Below are positions 27,257 through 40,907 of a stretch of 64,000 nucleotides of DNA, piece after piece; position 1 is the stretch's first letter; each line of letters starts with the position of its first letter. Made by a program: the position numbers and the translations under genes. Source of the stretch: Lama glama (taxonomy: Eukaryota); assembly GCA_028534125.1 (NCBI GenBank), contig CM052817.1:63180001-63244000 (forward strand). Direction: 5' to 3'. The notes beneath the pieces are model-generated. The model saw only the letters and a list, made by a program, of their open reading frames with translations, made no database searches and had not been told where the DNA came from.

Positions 27257-27603
27257 TGTGATGGTTAATTTTATGTGTCCATTTGATTAGGCCTTAGTAA
27301 CCAGATATTTGGTCAAATACCAGCCTGGATATTGCTGTGAAGTTATTTTTCAGATGAGATTAACATTTGACTCAGTAGATTAGTCTCAGTAATGTGGGTG
27401 AGACTTTTCCAATCAATTGAAGATCTTAAAACAAAATAGACTGAGGTCTCTGAGGAAGAGTTGTGCCTCCAGACTGCCTTTGGTCTCAAGCTGAAATATC
27501 AGCTCTTCCCTGGGTCTCCAAGCCTTCCATCCTGCTCTGCAGAGTTTGGATTTGCTGGCCTTCACAATCATGTGAACCAATTCCTTACAATGTATTTCTC
27601 AAT

Positions 27604-27639
<36 letters not shown>

Positions 27640-27712
27640 CTCTCCCTGTTTCCCATCATACACACACACCCCTTATTAGTTTTGTTTCTCTGGAGAACCC
27701 TTACTGATAAAA
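27257..27712 (+). mobile_element. ERVL solo LTR (MLT2-like) with internal (TC)n
   Basis: tgtgatggttaattttatgtgtc...tttggtcaaatacc...tttctctggagaaccct. Confidence 0.88.
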
Positions 27713-27837
27713 GTTCATTGTTAAAAATCTCGACTTGGTTCAATCCCCTCCTTTTCCAATAAACTCTTCTTAAAATACAAATTACTAAGCTTCACTTCCT
27801 CCCTGCTAGACTTTCTGCTTGAATATATTCATGGTAG

Positions 27838-28449
27838 TGTTACTGGGAGGAGGGGAATAAGAGTTACCTTCATTCTTAGTCACCTGAAAAAGACGAATTT
27901 TTAGAGAGAGACAGAAAGCATGATATAAACAAGATTTTATTAGTAAAGTAAAAAAGTAGTAAAATATAATACACTCCCGAGAATTAGGAGCGGGCCAATC
28001 AAAGAGAGGAAAAATGGCGCTGTTCCTTTGTTTTTCCTGTTTTTGTATCATGGCTTAGGGGGCGTTTGTTTGTGATTGATTGATTGATTCATGGCTAAGT
28101 TTCTTTGACTGATCAGGCTGACCAACAGCTCACATTCCTTGTGCTCAGGCACGCCCTTCCCTTTTATGAATATTTTTACTCATGATGCACACAGAGAAAC
28201 CTACGGGAGGGGGCTCAAACTGCAATGTTAATTATATTATAATAAGCATTTGGTCAAGTTAAGCCAGGTGTTTCTCTCTATTGTGCAGCTGCAGCGTTGA
28301 ATCCTAGTCGGCTTCTTTGCTGGGCCTCACTTAAAGTAAAAGTTTTTGGAGCCCCTTATCCTGAGCGCATGTGTACTTTTATTTTCTGGGTTCCTCCCTC
28401 TCCGTTTCCTCTCCCCTTACCTGATGCTCATTTCTCTAACTGCCTAACA
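27838..28449 (-). mobile_element. ERV1-type solo LTR
   Basis: tgtta...taaca termini. Perfect 4-bp TSD gtag (27834-27837 / 28450-28453). Minus-strand AATAAA at ~27936. Confidence 0.85.
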
Positions 28450-28459
28450 GTAGAACCTC

Positions 28460-28520
28460 CGTATTTGCCTTTAATTTCTAACAAGTTCCCAGGTGATGCT
28501 GACCCTGCTAGTTTAGAGAC
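28460..28520 (+). mobile_element. MER5A 3' fragment
   Basis: tttctaacaagttcccaggtgatgctga...gaccacgcttgagaa. Confidence 0.65.
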
Positions 28521-28959
28521 CACGCTTGAGAAGAACTCCTTTAGATCATAGTATAAAATGTGAGGAAGCAATGAAGGAGCTGAAGTATACTAGAAATCTT
28601 TTAAATTAAATAAATTATTTGATGTGGCCCTTTTTTTCCCTCTTGACTAAGATCTACTGCAATTTTTAATCCATATTCCTGGTCTTCAGATTTCTTATTG
28701 ATAAAATAAAAACTTTGGAGCAAATGATATTTGATGTTCCTCCTAGTTATAATTTACAGAATTTTATACTACTACTACTTCTTGTGAGAAATAAAGAAAA
28801 ACATTTAAGAAAATAAATTCTGGAACTGTCTACCTATAACAGCTAGGAATAACTTGGCAGCACACAACTGTGAACTTGTAAGTAACTATGGTTTGAATAA
28901 ATTGTTTCGCACATGAAAAATGTCTGAAAGTAGATGACTATCATTTTTGTTTTCATGAT

Positions 28960-29360
28960 TACAGGCTGGATTCTCTGGAAGAGAGGCTGAGATGGGGTTT
29001 GGATTATAAAATGTTTAATAGGGATCAATACCTATGAGAAGTGGGAAGGAGTTGGACTAGGTAGATAAAACTGTGATTCACACTCAAAAAAACCTCATCC
29101 ATTCTAGCAGGGAGCTCCAGAGTGAATGTTGCCTAGCAGAGGGTCTTGTGTTGGCCTGAAACAATCAGGTCTGTCTCTGGATATTCACTACATCTCACTC
29201 TGTCACTGGAAGAGTGTGGCCTCAGCCAGGCAGCTCTCAGCAGCTGAGTTAGACCCTGAAGAGCTGATATTTGGATGCTGTCTACTGATCCCACTCTCCA
29301 CACCTAGCAACCAATTTCTTCCTTAAAGGGAGTTATGGGTGGTACATCTTTTCTCTACAA
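28960..29360 (-). mobile_element. ERVL LTR (LTR16A-like)
   Basis: ggattctctggaagagaggctgagatggggtttgg...gggatcaatacctatg motif. Confidence 0.6.
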
Positions 29361-32300
29361 CACGTACCAACATATGTCCTCTGTAATTCTCTTAGCCTTT
29401 CTCTCATGTTCAGAAAATGACTCCTACAGTTTCAAGTATCACATGCCATTCAAAGCACCAAGGGAGAGGAGAAGCAGTAATATCTCTTTTATCAGGGAAT
29501 GAAAACCTTTCCTAGAAACCATTGAGCAGATTTTGTTTAGGCTTCACTTACCAGAAAGTTATCACATGACTAGGTCTGTAGAGGTTGGGAAGGTGAATAG
29601 GGAGTGTCTTCAATCTCTACAGTGGAGAAATAAAAGGGAAAAGTAGTTGGGATGGATGTGGAATTGCATGAAGGTCTTTGTCACTCACTTTACTAATCAC
29701 CCCAAATGTCTACCGGTTACTCTTCCAGGTACTGTTTGTTAAATCCCATTAAAATAAGCAAAATCAGTATTATTCTTCCCAATTCTGAGGAAAAATTCTG
29801 AAAACTAAATCCTTGCTTTTTCTTATGCTTTTTTTACATTTTCCTCAGTCATTGTCATGACACTCAGAATTAACACTTTTAGCCTTTAAAGGATTTACTG
29901 GAGCAGCAGAAAAGGATATTTTCTGGCAATATATGTAGAGTACAGTTTTACTAAGACCATGTACATGATCCTATTGGGAAAAAATAGCAATTACTAAGCT
30001 TAGTATTTTTATTTTTATTTTTCCTTTGAAATCCAAATACGTTTTCTTCTCTATCCTGAGAAACTGTAGGCAGGCAACTCACAAATGTGGCATGAACTGA
30101 AGGATACAGGGACTGTAATTTGTATCAAAGCCATACCAACAGGACTTCTGTCATCTCCTTTTCAAAACAATATTATCCTAAGGGGCCTGCTATTTCACTG
30201 TAAACCAAGAAATTCATGCTTAGACATGCAACTGCCAGCTCACAATTTAACATAAAAAAGTACTAAAAAGAAAGCAAGAAAGTAGGTGAGAAAGAAGCCC
30301 TACCAATCTCAGGAGTCCCTCCCGTTCTTAAGTAGCAGGTATTGTTGCTAATAAACAAATGAAGTTGAATAATGACTTAGTGAATTACAATAACATATAT
30401 TGTCAAGTGGATAAATCATAACTAAAAGTAATTTTAGTTTTCACAATTGCTGAAGTGGATAGGAAGGAGGAGGAATCTAATTATCTTATTGCTACAGCTT
30501 ACCTGATTGAAATTTAGCTGTATTCAAACTCACTTTGCTGTAAATTTATCTTGGAGTCAGTAATTTTGACCTGGGACTTGAAATTTTTTCTTCAAAAACA
30601 TTAGAGATTATATAGAATATTAGAATAATATCAGAGTTGCAATTTAAATCAAAATTATTATTATAATAAAAATTATGTTTTAACAGCAGTGTATAACTTT
30701 TCAAAGTAATTCACATAACTGTTTTTTATGGGGTGCTTTCAGAAATTGCTAGAAAAATAAATACTTTGGTGTATTGAGCTAAATATACTGTTTTCATAAT
30801 GAAATTGTAAAATTTCTCTACAGCTTTAACAACCAGAATAAACCAGCCAATGAACACCATTGAATGAACTGACTTTCAGGAGACAAAATAAGCATGGTTT
30901 AAAAAACTTGTTATTTTAAATAAAAACAGTAGAGGGCTCTGAAAATGATGAAACAATCAACTGCAGAAACTAATTCGATTGAATCCCAACTAGGTGTGAC
31001 ACATTTTACACACATTATCTCATGTATTAAAGAAATATGGAAGCTGTGAGTAAAGGAATCATAAAAAGCAAGCTGTTTGTGAGTAACTTTCCACACGATA
31101 TTATTTATCCTCTTAAGCCATTCCTTAACTATTTTATTTTTTAAATTATTTTTCAATAAAAATTCGAAACAGGCAATTTAATCACTTACAGAAAGAGTTC
31201 AAACATATATTCTCTTCGTGTTGTTTCTTTAGGGAATAGTGTTCTCTATCTTGTTTCAATATTGATTTATGTGTTAATTTTTTTCTGCCATAGAACATCA
31301 GTGGATGTATTTTTCAAGGGGCTATATTTCTATATTTTCTTAAAATAGAATTTACCTACTTTCCTCATTAAAGTTCCAGGAGATATTTTTCACAGGAATA
31401 GAAATATAATTTTTAATATCTGTCTTAATGCAACTAAAATAATTATGTTATTTTCATAATGAACTACTATCACCAATGTTCCATATTCATAAAACTAAAT
31501 TAATTTTGACTCGGTAATAATTTTGTATACATATTTCACTCAGGGGTAATTTTCTAATAGAGGAAAAATGGACTCAATATGGAAAATATGTTTGAGTGCT
31601 ATTTTTAAGGTTCAGTTATAAATTTGGTAATTATTAAAATGGAATCAATTGATTACATTTAGTGTTTAGCAGCATTTCTCTCTTCTACTATAGATGATTA
31701 GAGAGGAACAAGATGGGTGGACATCTGAATTGCTTATATATTTTTCTTTCTTCAGAATTCCCAAAGGTATATCTTAAAACACAGAAATGACAATTTTAGA
31801 ACAAACACATGCAGAACTCAAGATAAGTCCTTGTGAAAGGAATTGATGGTGATGTAACCAGAGTTGCAATGTTAAATATTTCTGTAATATGAGAGGCAGC
31901 ATAATGTTATGGTGAGGAACACAGACTCAGAGCAAGACTGCTTGAGACAAAGCTGGGCTCCACTCACCATCTGTGTGCCTGTAGGCAAGTTGGAACCACT
32001 CTATCAATGTGAAATACTACCATAGTATAATTACTATTAATATACCACTGACTTAAAGCATTAATGTAAAGTCCAAAAGGACCAGTTTTATTAATAAGAG
32101 CCCAGTTTAGACCCAAGGGAATTTGAATTCAAATAATAAAGGATGGTTAAATATTTCAAAGTGTGCAAATAAATTTTTATCTGTATGTTATTAACGTGAG
32201 TTTATAGTAATTTATGTATTTCAATCTCTTATTTCTATTCTTTAAAATTCATCTATGTTTTTTCCTATCTTCTTCTCCTTTTTAGCTATAATTTAACATA

Positions 32301-34329
32301 GAGGCAGGACAAAAGAAAAATTCATACTCCTAGAACATTTCCTAGAAATAGTCTAAGTCCTGTGAACATCATACAACAGCCTTTTAAATTAGAAGATTAA
32401 GAAAAATACTCAACTACAAAAACCAAAAATTAGTCTAACTCTGTTTTTATTTCCTTCCTTTCCTAAAAATCATAAATGTTACAATTATATACAACATATA
32501 TGTAAAATAAAAGACTGAATAGATCCTTCCTTTCATTTTCCTCTACTATTCTTTTTTCATCTCTTTTAACATAATACCTCTATTAAACTAAAAAGATGTT
32601 TTGACATTTTTTATTTTTCACCAAGTACTCTAAATTAGCATGTGACACAACTAAAAGCGCTGTCAGATAATATTAAAGGTAAGCAAGATTCTAAATGGAC
32701 ACAAATTGAACAATTTAATTATCTGCCACCAATATTTTCAGTGTACCACTGTTGTGCTGCTCCGTTTCACAGAAAGCAGCTGCCTAGTCAGTTATTCCTA
32801 CTGATTTGTGGAAACTCAAGGTTTAGTTTCATAACAACATCGTTACTGGACAACTGAAATAGATCCTATTCCTAGTTTACTTTATGAGGTAAGCCCTAAA
32901 AAAAGATTATTCAATTAACCATGGAGAGATTTATGTAAAATCAGTTTATTTTATAAAATGATTTAATGTTAAGGGGTTTAGGGCAGGTTAGCTGTAACTA
33001 AGTGTACTTATCTATTTGCCTTCTTTTATAGAAATGAGAGAAACAAAGATAAATAGATATATTAACTGTAAAAATCTAAGGCCAAGGAAGGAAATGTATT
33101 GTTTATTCTAGGAAAATAAAACAATTTTTACATTGAGTAAGAACTGCACAAATTTGTGTGGATGTATATATACACACATGTATAAAATCACAACATTAAA
33201 TAAGTACAACTTCACTGTGGGACTTAGTTTGTAAGAAATATGAAGTTTTGAAGCCCTGAGATTGGCATTGACAAATAAATTCTAAATAAGAAATAATTAG
33301 AAAATACTTTTTGATCTTATACTGTAGAAAAACTATGGTGTGGAGGTGGGAGAAACTGTACCTGATTATAAAGGTTTTACATTGATTGACATATACCCTT
33401 AAGGTGCCACACACAGTTATTTTATAAACCTCTTTTGGTCTTAATGTTTCTGATTTGAGAGATAAGTGAGCATGAGGGAGGAAGAGAGAAACTTCAAATA
33501 CCTTAGTTCTACTGTCACCTTCTGTAACCTCTCTATTTTGTTACTCAGAGACTTTTGTATTTAGAAAGAGGTCACTTACACAGGTAGAAAAACACTTATT
33601 TTCTCTGAGATTCAATCAATTGTTTTTACTCAGTGATGAGTTTTGATTAGATCTCTTAGTCCCTTTTATCTCTAAACTTTACGGTTAAAACATAGAATAG
33701 AAAATTACCACAGATCCAAAATGTCTTAGAGGCACAATTGCAGATATCAATACTAAAACTTTCCTGAAGAGAATGTAAAGAAATCTCTGTGGATGAAAGT
33801 CTTGGGATATTTATGAAAAAGTCATTGCTGTTGAATTCTCCTTTTCTTTTCTTAGTTTTACGTTCATACTAGTAAAACATAAGTATATTTCAAGGGATTT
33901 CAAAACTGACTGGAACTTAATATTCATATGCACTCATTCATGTTATGAGTGAGAAAAGTATAACTTAGGGAGGATAAATAGATTAAAGCTTGGGTCTTAT
34001 CACTGACCTGACCTTTTCATTAATTCATTTATTCATTCATTTAAACAAACATTTACTGAATACTGTTGCACAAGACACTATGATAAAGACTAGAGAACAA
34101 ATACAAATATGTCATTTTCCCTGCCCTACAGTATTTTATGTTCTTAGAGGGGGGGAAAACAAATTTCCCATGGAAAAATGTCTCCTTGGGAAATATACTA
34201 GTGAATCTAAATTATAAAAACAGAAGGGAAAATTGTTTCTAATTAAAAGTATTCTTTGATTAAAATTTATATTAACATGAGAAATTATTATAAGTACATC
34301 AATTTTAGAAAGTATAAAAGTAGTTTAAA

Positions 34330-35128
34330 ATAGTCCAACAAAGAACAGTTCAGCTCCAGATGCCTTCCATAGTGAATTCTCCCTAACATTTAAGGAAATA
34401 AATACCAATTCTATCAAACTCTTTCAGAAAAAAGAAGAGGAGGAAATAATTTCTAACTCATTTCATGAGGTCACTATTAACTTGATACCAAAACTAGACA
34501 GATACATTTGAAGAAATAAACACTACAGAGACCAATATCTTTCAATATGAATATGTGCACAAAAATCTTCAGCAAACTATTAGCAAAATCAGAGCCAATA
34601 ATATGTATAAAGGCCAAAACATCATAACCAAGTTGGACTTAACCTCAAAAATGTAAGGTTGGTTTAACATTCAAAATTTGATCAATGTAATTCACCATAT
34701 TCACAATAAAAGAAAAAAAATAAGTATTTCAATAGATGTAGAAGTATATTTGACAAAATTCAGCATCAAGTCATTTTTTAAACTTTTAGCCATATACAAG
34801 TAAATGAGAACTCCCACAAACTGATAAGGGCCATTTATGTGAAACCTACAGCTAACCTCATATTTAAGGGAGAATATTTGATATTTTCTACCTAGGATTA
34901 GGAATAAAGCAATAATGTCCACCCTCACTATTACCATTCAGCTTTCATATTGCAGGTCCTACCTATTGCAGTAATGAAATGAATAGCATAAAATGCACAA
35001 TGATTGACAAGAAATAGGTAAAAAGTGTTTCTTTTTCTAAAAGACATGATTGTTTACATAGAAAATCTTCAAGGACTCCACAAAACACCTACTAAAAGTA
35101 ATAGGTTAATTTATCAAAGTTACAAGAG
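34330..35128 (+). mobile_element. Older L1 ORF2 (RT region), left part; continues at 41915
   Basis: ccagatgccttccatagtgaattct and gacatgattgtttacatagaaaatc (FADDMIVY-like). Breaks at caaagttacaagag. Confidence 0.85.
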
Positions 35129-38100
35129 CCGAGAGGATTGCCAAGATGGCAGAGTAGAGGGATGACTACCTAACCCTCTCCTACAAATCCACCAAAAACT
35201 ACATCTACATATAGAACAATTTGAACAGAATGCCTACTGAACTTTGGCAGAATATCTCTTACTTTGGAAATACAAGGAGAATCCTCACAAAAATGGGTAG
35301 GAAAAAAAAGAAAAAGGAAATTGGCAAGACCTGTCCCCTGAGGAGTGAGCAGCAAAAGAGGACAAGTGCCCTCACCCTGGGAAGTCCCCTCTCCAGCGGG
35401 GAGGTCAGTGGGGACAGAAACACAGCTTCAGAGGCTTGGAGGAGAGAGCAACAGCCACTGGCAGGCAGAACTGAGAGAAATCAGCACAGAGGGTCCCTGT
35501 GAGCCCTAGCCCAAGACACAAGCCAGTGGGAGTGGGTCAGGACTGGCTGCTGGAGCTCAGGCTTCCTGGGACTAACCCAGGGAGAGGACTGTGGCATACT
35601 GCACAGAGGTAGCCTCAGGTGGCTGGAGTGTGGTGCAGGCTGATGATGGGAGAGAGTGCAAATCAGCCTGAGTCCATCCATAGCGAACATCACTGCTGGT
35701 GCTTGTAAAAGGGGGTGCGCAACACAGCCTGGCCATAGCAGCCATCTCCATTAGCTCAGAGGACATGACTCAACACAATTGTTGGTGAGCATTGTCGCGG
35801 AAAGAGACGCGGGGTCCAGACACATCTACATTCTCTGCTTTCTCTGCGGGGGGCACAATCACTGTTGTGCAGCTGCTAGGCAGAGACAGGGCTGAAACCC
35901 GAATCCATATCCAGGGGGTCCCACAACTTCTCAGGCAGGGCTGAGATTTGACTCTAGCTCCAGGCAGCAGAAGTGGATTTGCTCCCCAGGTGCGTTGGTG
36001 GACCTGTGCTTCTGAGACAAACGAGCAGAGCCTAACAAAAAAGATCTTCTTCAAGCGGAAACATAAAGAGGGAACCATAGCGGGAATGTAGGAGGGGTGT
36101 GCTTATAATATAATTGGGCCCCATAACCCCCAGGTTGGGTGACCCACAAGCTGAAAAATAATCAAGTATCAGAGGCCCTCCCACAGAAGTGAGAGTTCTG
36201 AGCCCCATGTCAGGCTCCCCAGCCTGGGGTTCCAGCATTGGGAGAAGGAGACCCCAGGACACCTGGTTTTGAAGGCCAGTGCTGCTTAACTCCAGGAGCC
36301 CCACAGGACTGAGGGAAACAGAGACTTCATTCTCTTGGGAAGCATACACAGAATCTCATTTGCTCCATGTCTGAAGGGCAGAGGCAGTGATTTCATAGGA
36401 ACCTGGGCCAGACCTGCCTGCTGATTTTGGAAGATCTTCTGGGGAGATAGAGGTTGGCTGCATCTCACCCAGGGAACGTAAAATCAGGTGGTGGACATTC
36501 CAGGAGTATTTATCAACATGAGCTTTCTTGGAGGCTGACATCTTGATTGGATCATCAGTACCTAGACCTATCCCCACCCAGCAGTTTATATGCCTAGGGG
36601 CTGGGAAGCCTCAGGGAAAATAACATTCTAGGTGGGCACACAGCCCCACCCATCAGCAGACTTCCTGAGCTACAAATGCCTCTGGACATGGCCCTACCCA
36701 CCAAAGGTCTACGACCAAGCTTCACCCAGCAGTGGGCAGACACTGACTCCTCCTGCTAGGAAACCTGCATAAGCCTCTTGTCCAGCCTTATCCATCAGGC
36801 AGCAGATACCAGAAATAAGAAAACAACAATCCCAAAGCTTGTGGAAGGAATCCACAAACACAGGCCAGACTCTACAGTAGGACTGGCTGGACCCTGAGCC
36901 TTGGGTGACAAGAGAGGAGTGTACTGCTGGGACACAGAGGATGCCTCCCACAGAGGGTCACTTCTTCAAGGTTGAGAAATGTAACTAACCTACCTAAAAA
37001 TACAAATAGAGATAGACAGTATGAGGCAGCAGAGGAATATCTTCCAGGCCAAGGCACAAAGTGAAATCCCAGAAGAAGAAATAAGTGATGAGGAGATAAG
37101 CAATATATCTGAGAAAGAGTTTAGAGTAATTATGGTGAAGATTTTCAGAGAACTCGAGGAGTATAGATGCACAGAGTGAAGTTTTTAGCAAAGAGTTGGA
37201 AAATATAGAGAATACCCAAACAGAGTTGAAGAATAAGACCATTGAAATGAATAACACACTAGAAAGAACCAAGAATAGACTAAATGAGGCAGAAGAATGG
37301 ATCAGTGAGCTAGAAGACAGATTAGTGGAAATCACTACTGCAGAACAGAAAAAAGAATAAAGAATGAAAATAAATGAGGATAGTTTAAGAGAACTCTGAG
37401 ACAACATGAAGAAGTGCACCAATAATCACATTATAGTGGTTCCAGAAAGAGAAGAGAGAGAGAGATAGGACCTGAGAAATTTTTTGGAGAAATAATAACT
37501 GAAAACTTCCCTAACTTGGGAAAGGAAACAGTCACCCAAGTTTAAGGAGCACAGAGAGTTCCATACCAGATCAGCCCAAAGAGGAACACACCAAGGCACA
37601 CAGTAATCAAATTGACAAAAATTAAGGATAAGGAGAAAATATTACAATAAGCAAGAGAATAGCAACAAATAATATACAAGGATTGTCAGCTGATTTTTCA
37701 GAAGAAACTCTACAGTCCGGAAGGGAGTGGCATAATATATGTAAAGTGATGAAAGGAAACTACTCACAACCAAGAATACTCTACCCGTTATGGCTGATTC
37801 AGATTTGACAGAGAAATCAAAAGCTTCACAGATAAACAAAAGCTAAAATAATTCAGCACCACCAAACCAGCTTTACAACATGTTAAAGGAACTTCTTTAG
37901 TCATCAAACCACAAGAAAAGAGAACAAAAGGAGGAAAGAGAGAAGAAAAAGAAAAGATCTACAAAACAAACCGAAAACTAACAAAATGTCAAGAACATAC
38001 ATAGATAATTACCTTAAATGTAGATGGATTAAATGCTTAAACCAAACAACAGACTGGCTGAATGGATACAAAAACAAGACCCATATATATGCTGTCTACA

Positions 38101-38860
38101 AGAGACCTACTTCAGAGCTAGAGATACATGCAGCCTGAAAGTAAGGGGATAGAAAAAGATACTCCATGCAAACGGAAACCAAAAGAAAGCTGGAGTAGCA
38201 ATACTTATATCAAACAAAGTAGTTAAAATAAAGACTGTTACAAAAGATAAAGAAAGACACTACATAATGCTTAAGGAATCGATCCAAGAAGAGGATATAA
38301 CAATTGTAGATATATAAGCACCCAACATAGGAGTACCTCAATATATAAGGCAGTTGTTAACAGACATAAAAGAAGAAGTTGACAATAGCACAATAGTAGT
38401 GGGGGACCTAAACACCCCACTTACATCAATGGACAGATCATCCAGACAGAAAATCAATAAGGAAATATAGGCCCTAAATAACACATCAGATCAGATGGAC
38501 TTAACTGATATCTATAGAGCATTCCATCCAAAAGCAGCAGAATACACATTCTTTTCAAGTGCACGTGTAACATTCTCCAGAATTGACCACATGCTGGCCC
38601 ACAAAGCTAGCCTCAGTAAATTTTAGAAAATTGAAATCATGCTAGGGATCTTTTCTGACCACAATGCTGTAAGGTTAGAAATCAACTACAAGAAAAAAAC
38701 TGCAAAAACTGCACACATGGAGGCAGTTTTCCAGTGAAGACATACAAACGGCCAATAGGTGCAAGAAAAAATGCTCAGTATAGCTAATTATCAGAGCAAT
38801 GCAAATCAAAACTACAATGAGGTATCAGTCAGAATGGCCATCATTAAAAAGTCCACAATC

Positions 38861-38923
38861 GCTGAACACTGGAATTTGACACAACACTGTAAAATGATTA
38901 TGAATCAATAAAAAATGTAAAAA
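38861..38923 (+). mobile_element. Very short young L1 3' tail nested in L1 ORF2
   Basis: gctgaacactggaatttgacacaacactgtaaaatgattatgaatcaataaaaaatg plus poly-A. Perfect TSD aaaaagtccacaatc (38846-38860 / 38924-38938). Confidence 0.9.
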
Positions 38924-40355
38924 AAAAAGTCCACAATCAATAATTTCTAGAGAGGGTGTGGAGAAAAGGGAACCCTCCTACATTGTTGGGAATGTATTTT
39001 GGTGCAGGCATTATGGAAAAAGTATGGAGATTCCTTAAAAAACTAAGAATAGAGTTACCATATTATCCAGCAATCCTACTCCTGGGTATATATCCAGAAG
39101 GAACTCTAATTGAAAAAAATAAATGCACCCCAGTGTTCATAGCAGCACTATTTACAACAGCCAAGACATAGAAACAACCCAAATGTCTGCCAACAGATGA
39201 CCAGGTAAAGAAGTTATGGTATATATATTCAATGGAATACTACTCAGCTGTAAAAGAGTAAAATAATGCCATTTGCAACAACAATGATGGACTTGGATAT
39301 TGTCATTTTAAGTAAAATAAGCCAGAAAGAGAAAGAAAATACCATATGTTATCACTCATGTGTGGAATCTTAAAAACAAAATTGTGGTAGTGGTTTCGTT
39401 GGTTATACATCTATCAAAATTCATCATATAGTACATCTGAAATATGTGTAGTTTACTGTACGGGAACTAACAATAAAGGTGTTATAAAAGAGGAGCTAGA
39501 AGTGATAATCATACATAATACTTTTATTTCTGAAAATAGTTACCTACAGTTCCTTTTTATTCTTAGAATCCTTTGGTGGCAGGAAAAAAAATGCTCTAAT
39601 GGTCATGAAGGTACTATGTCTTACCATTGTGGCAAATACATCTGTTCTTTTCTACATGAGAAACATAAGAATGGGAAGAAAGATTGATATGCTTGAACCT
39701 CCCACTACACGAACACCACTATCTGTCCCTGTAACTGGTGTCTCTTATTACACACAGAAGCAAATAAGATAGCCCAGAATTTAGAAAACAGAAACAGGAT
39801 GACTCAGGCTTGGCATCTTTCCTCACATTCACTGGTAACTCATTTCCACAATGACTCCTCTTCTTTAGAAATTCTATTCTTCTTCTCTAGAGGAGATTCC
39901 TCTACCCCCCCCCCCCCGACTGCCAACTTACCATCCATCAAACACTTAAAACTATAAAAATATCTCTGAATCTTGCTACTTTTCTAAGGGATTATCCTCA
40001 TTTTCTCTCCTTTCTGTAATTTGGCTTATAGTTCCACTTTGACATTATTTAGTTGTTTAAAGTATTTGGTTTATTGCTTCAAAAAATTGTACACTTACGC
40101 CAAAGTTGCACTCTAAGTAGACTGTACCTGTTATATTCTGGCAGGGATGGCTATCAAATCCCATACACTAGGCTCATTTATTTATTCAAAACGTATTTAC
40201 TGAGCACCTACCTTGAAACTGGCATTGACCTTGGCAGAGTGAAAATTAATTTCTTTCACAGTAGCAACTTCCATTTCACTTGGAAACTTGTTTTACCAGG
40301 CTTGAACTCACCATGAAACTGATGTTTCTGCCTTCATGGAATACCTCAGTGGCAC

Positions 40356-40907
40356 TGTTAGGTAGTTAGATAAGTGGGAGCACTGGACAGATAAGGTGGA
40401 GGAGAGGGAGGATGGTCCGGAAGATGGCAGTATGCCCGCCTTCACGTTAAAGGGGCTTTACTTCCTCTAAATGAGTGCCAACAAGAAACTGGTTAGAACC
40501 TGACAGCCACAACTGTGTGGTAGTGACAAGGACCTAACCAGATATGACCTAATGATCATTGTAATATAATTTAGCATTGTGGCTTAGCACTCCTGCCATA
40601 GGTTTTACTGTGTGCATCATGGGTATGGACATGTGCAAAAGAAGATGAGCATGACTAAGCACTACAGGGACAAGAGCTGTCAATCAAGAGACCACCTCTA
40701 AGTGACAGTGTAAAAGGAAGGGCAAACAAAGACCATTGGTATCCACCCTTGAATCAGTCTGCCTCCCATTCTTGGAGGTATACTTTCCCTTTGTTAATAA
40801 AACCTTTAAAATCTTTTGCTACAGAATGCTTCCATCTCCCATCTGAATTCTTATCTTTCAGGTGAGACAAGAACTGGGGTCTTTTCCATTCCCCTTTTGG
40901 GGTAAAA
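40356..40907 (+). mobile_element. ERV1-type solo LTR related to 27838-28449
   Basis: Start tgttaggtagttaga matches tgttaggcagttaga of the other LTR, and the 3' ends are similar. aataaa at ~40796. TSD gcac/gcat. Confidence 0.8.
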
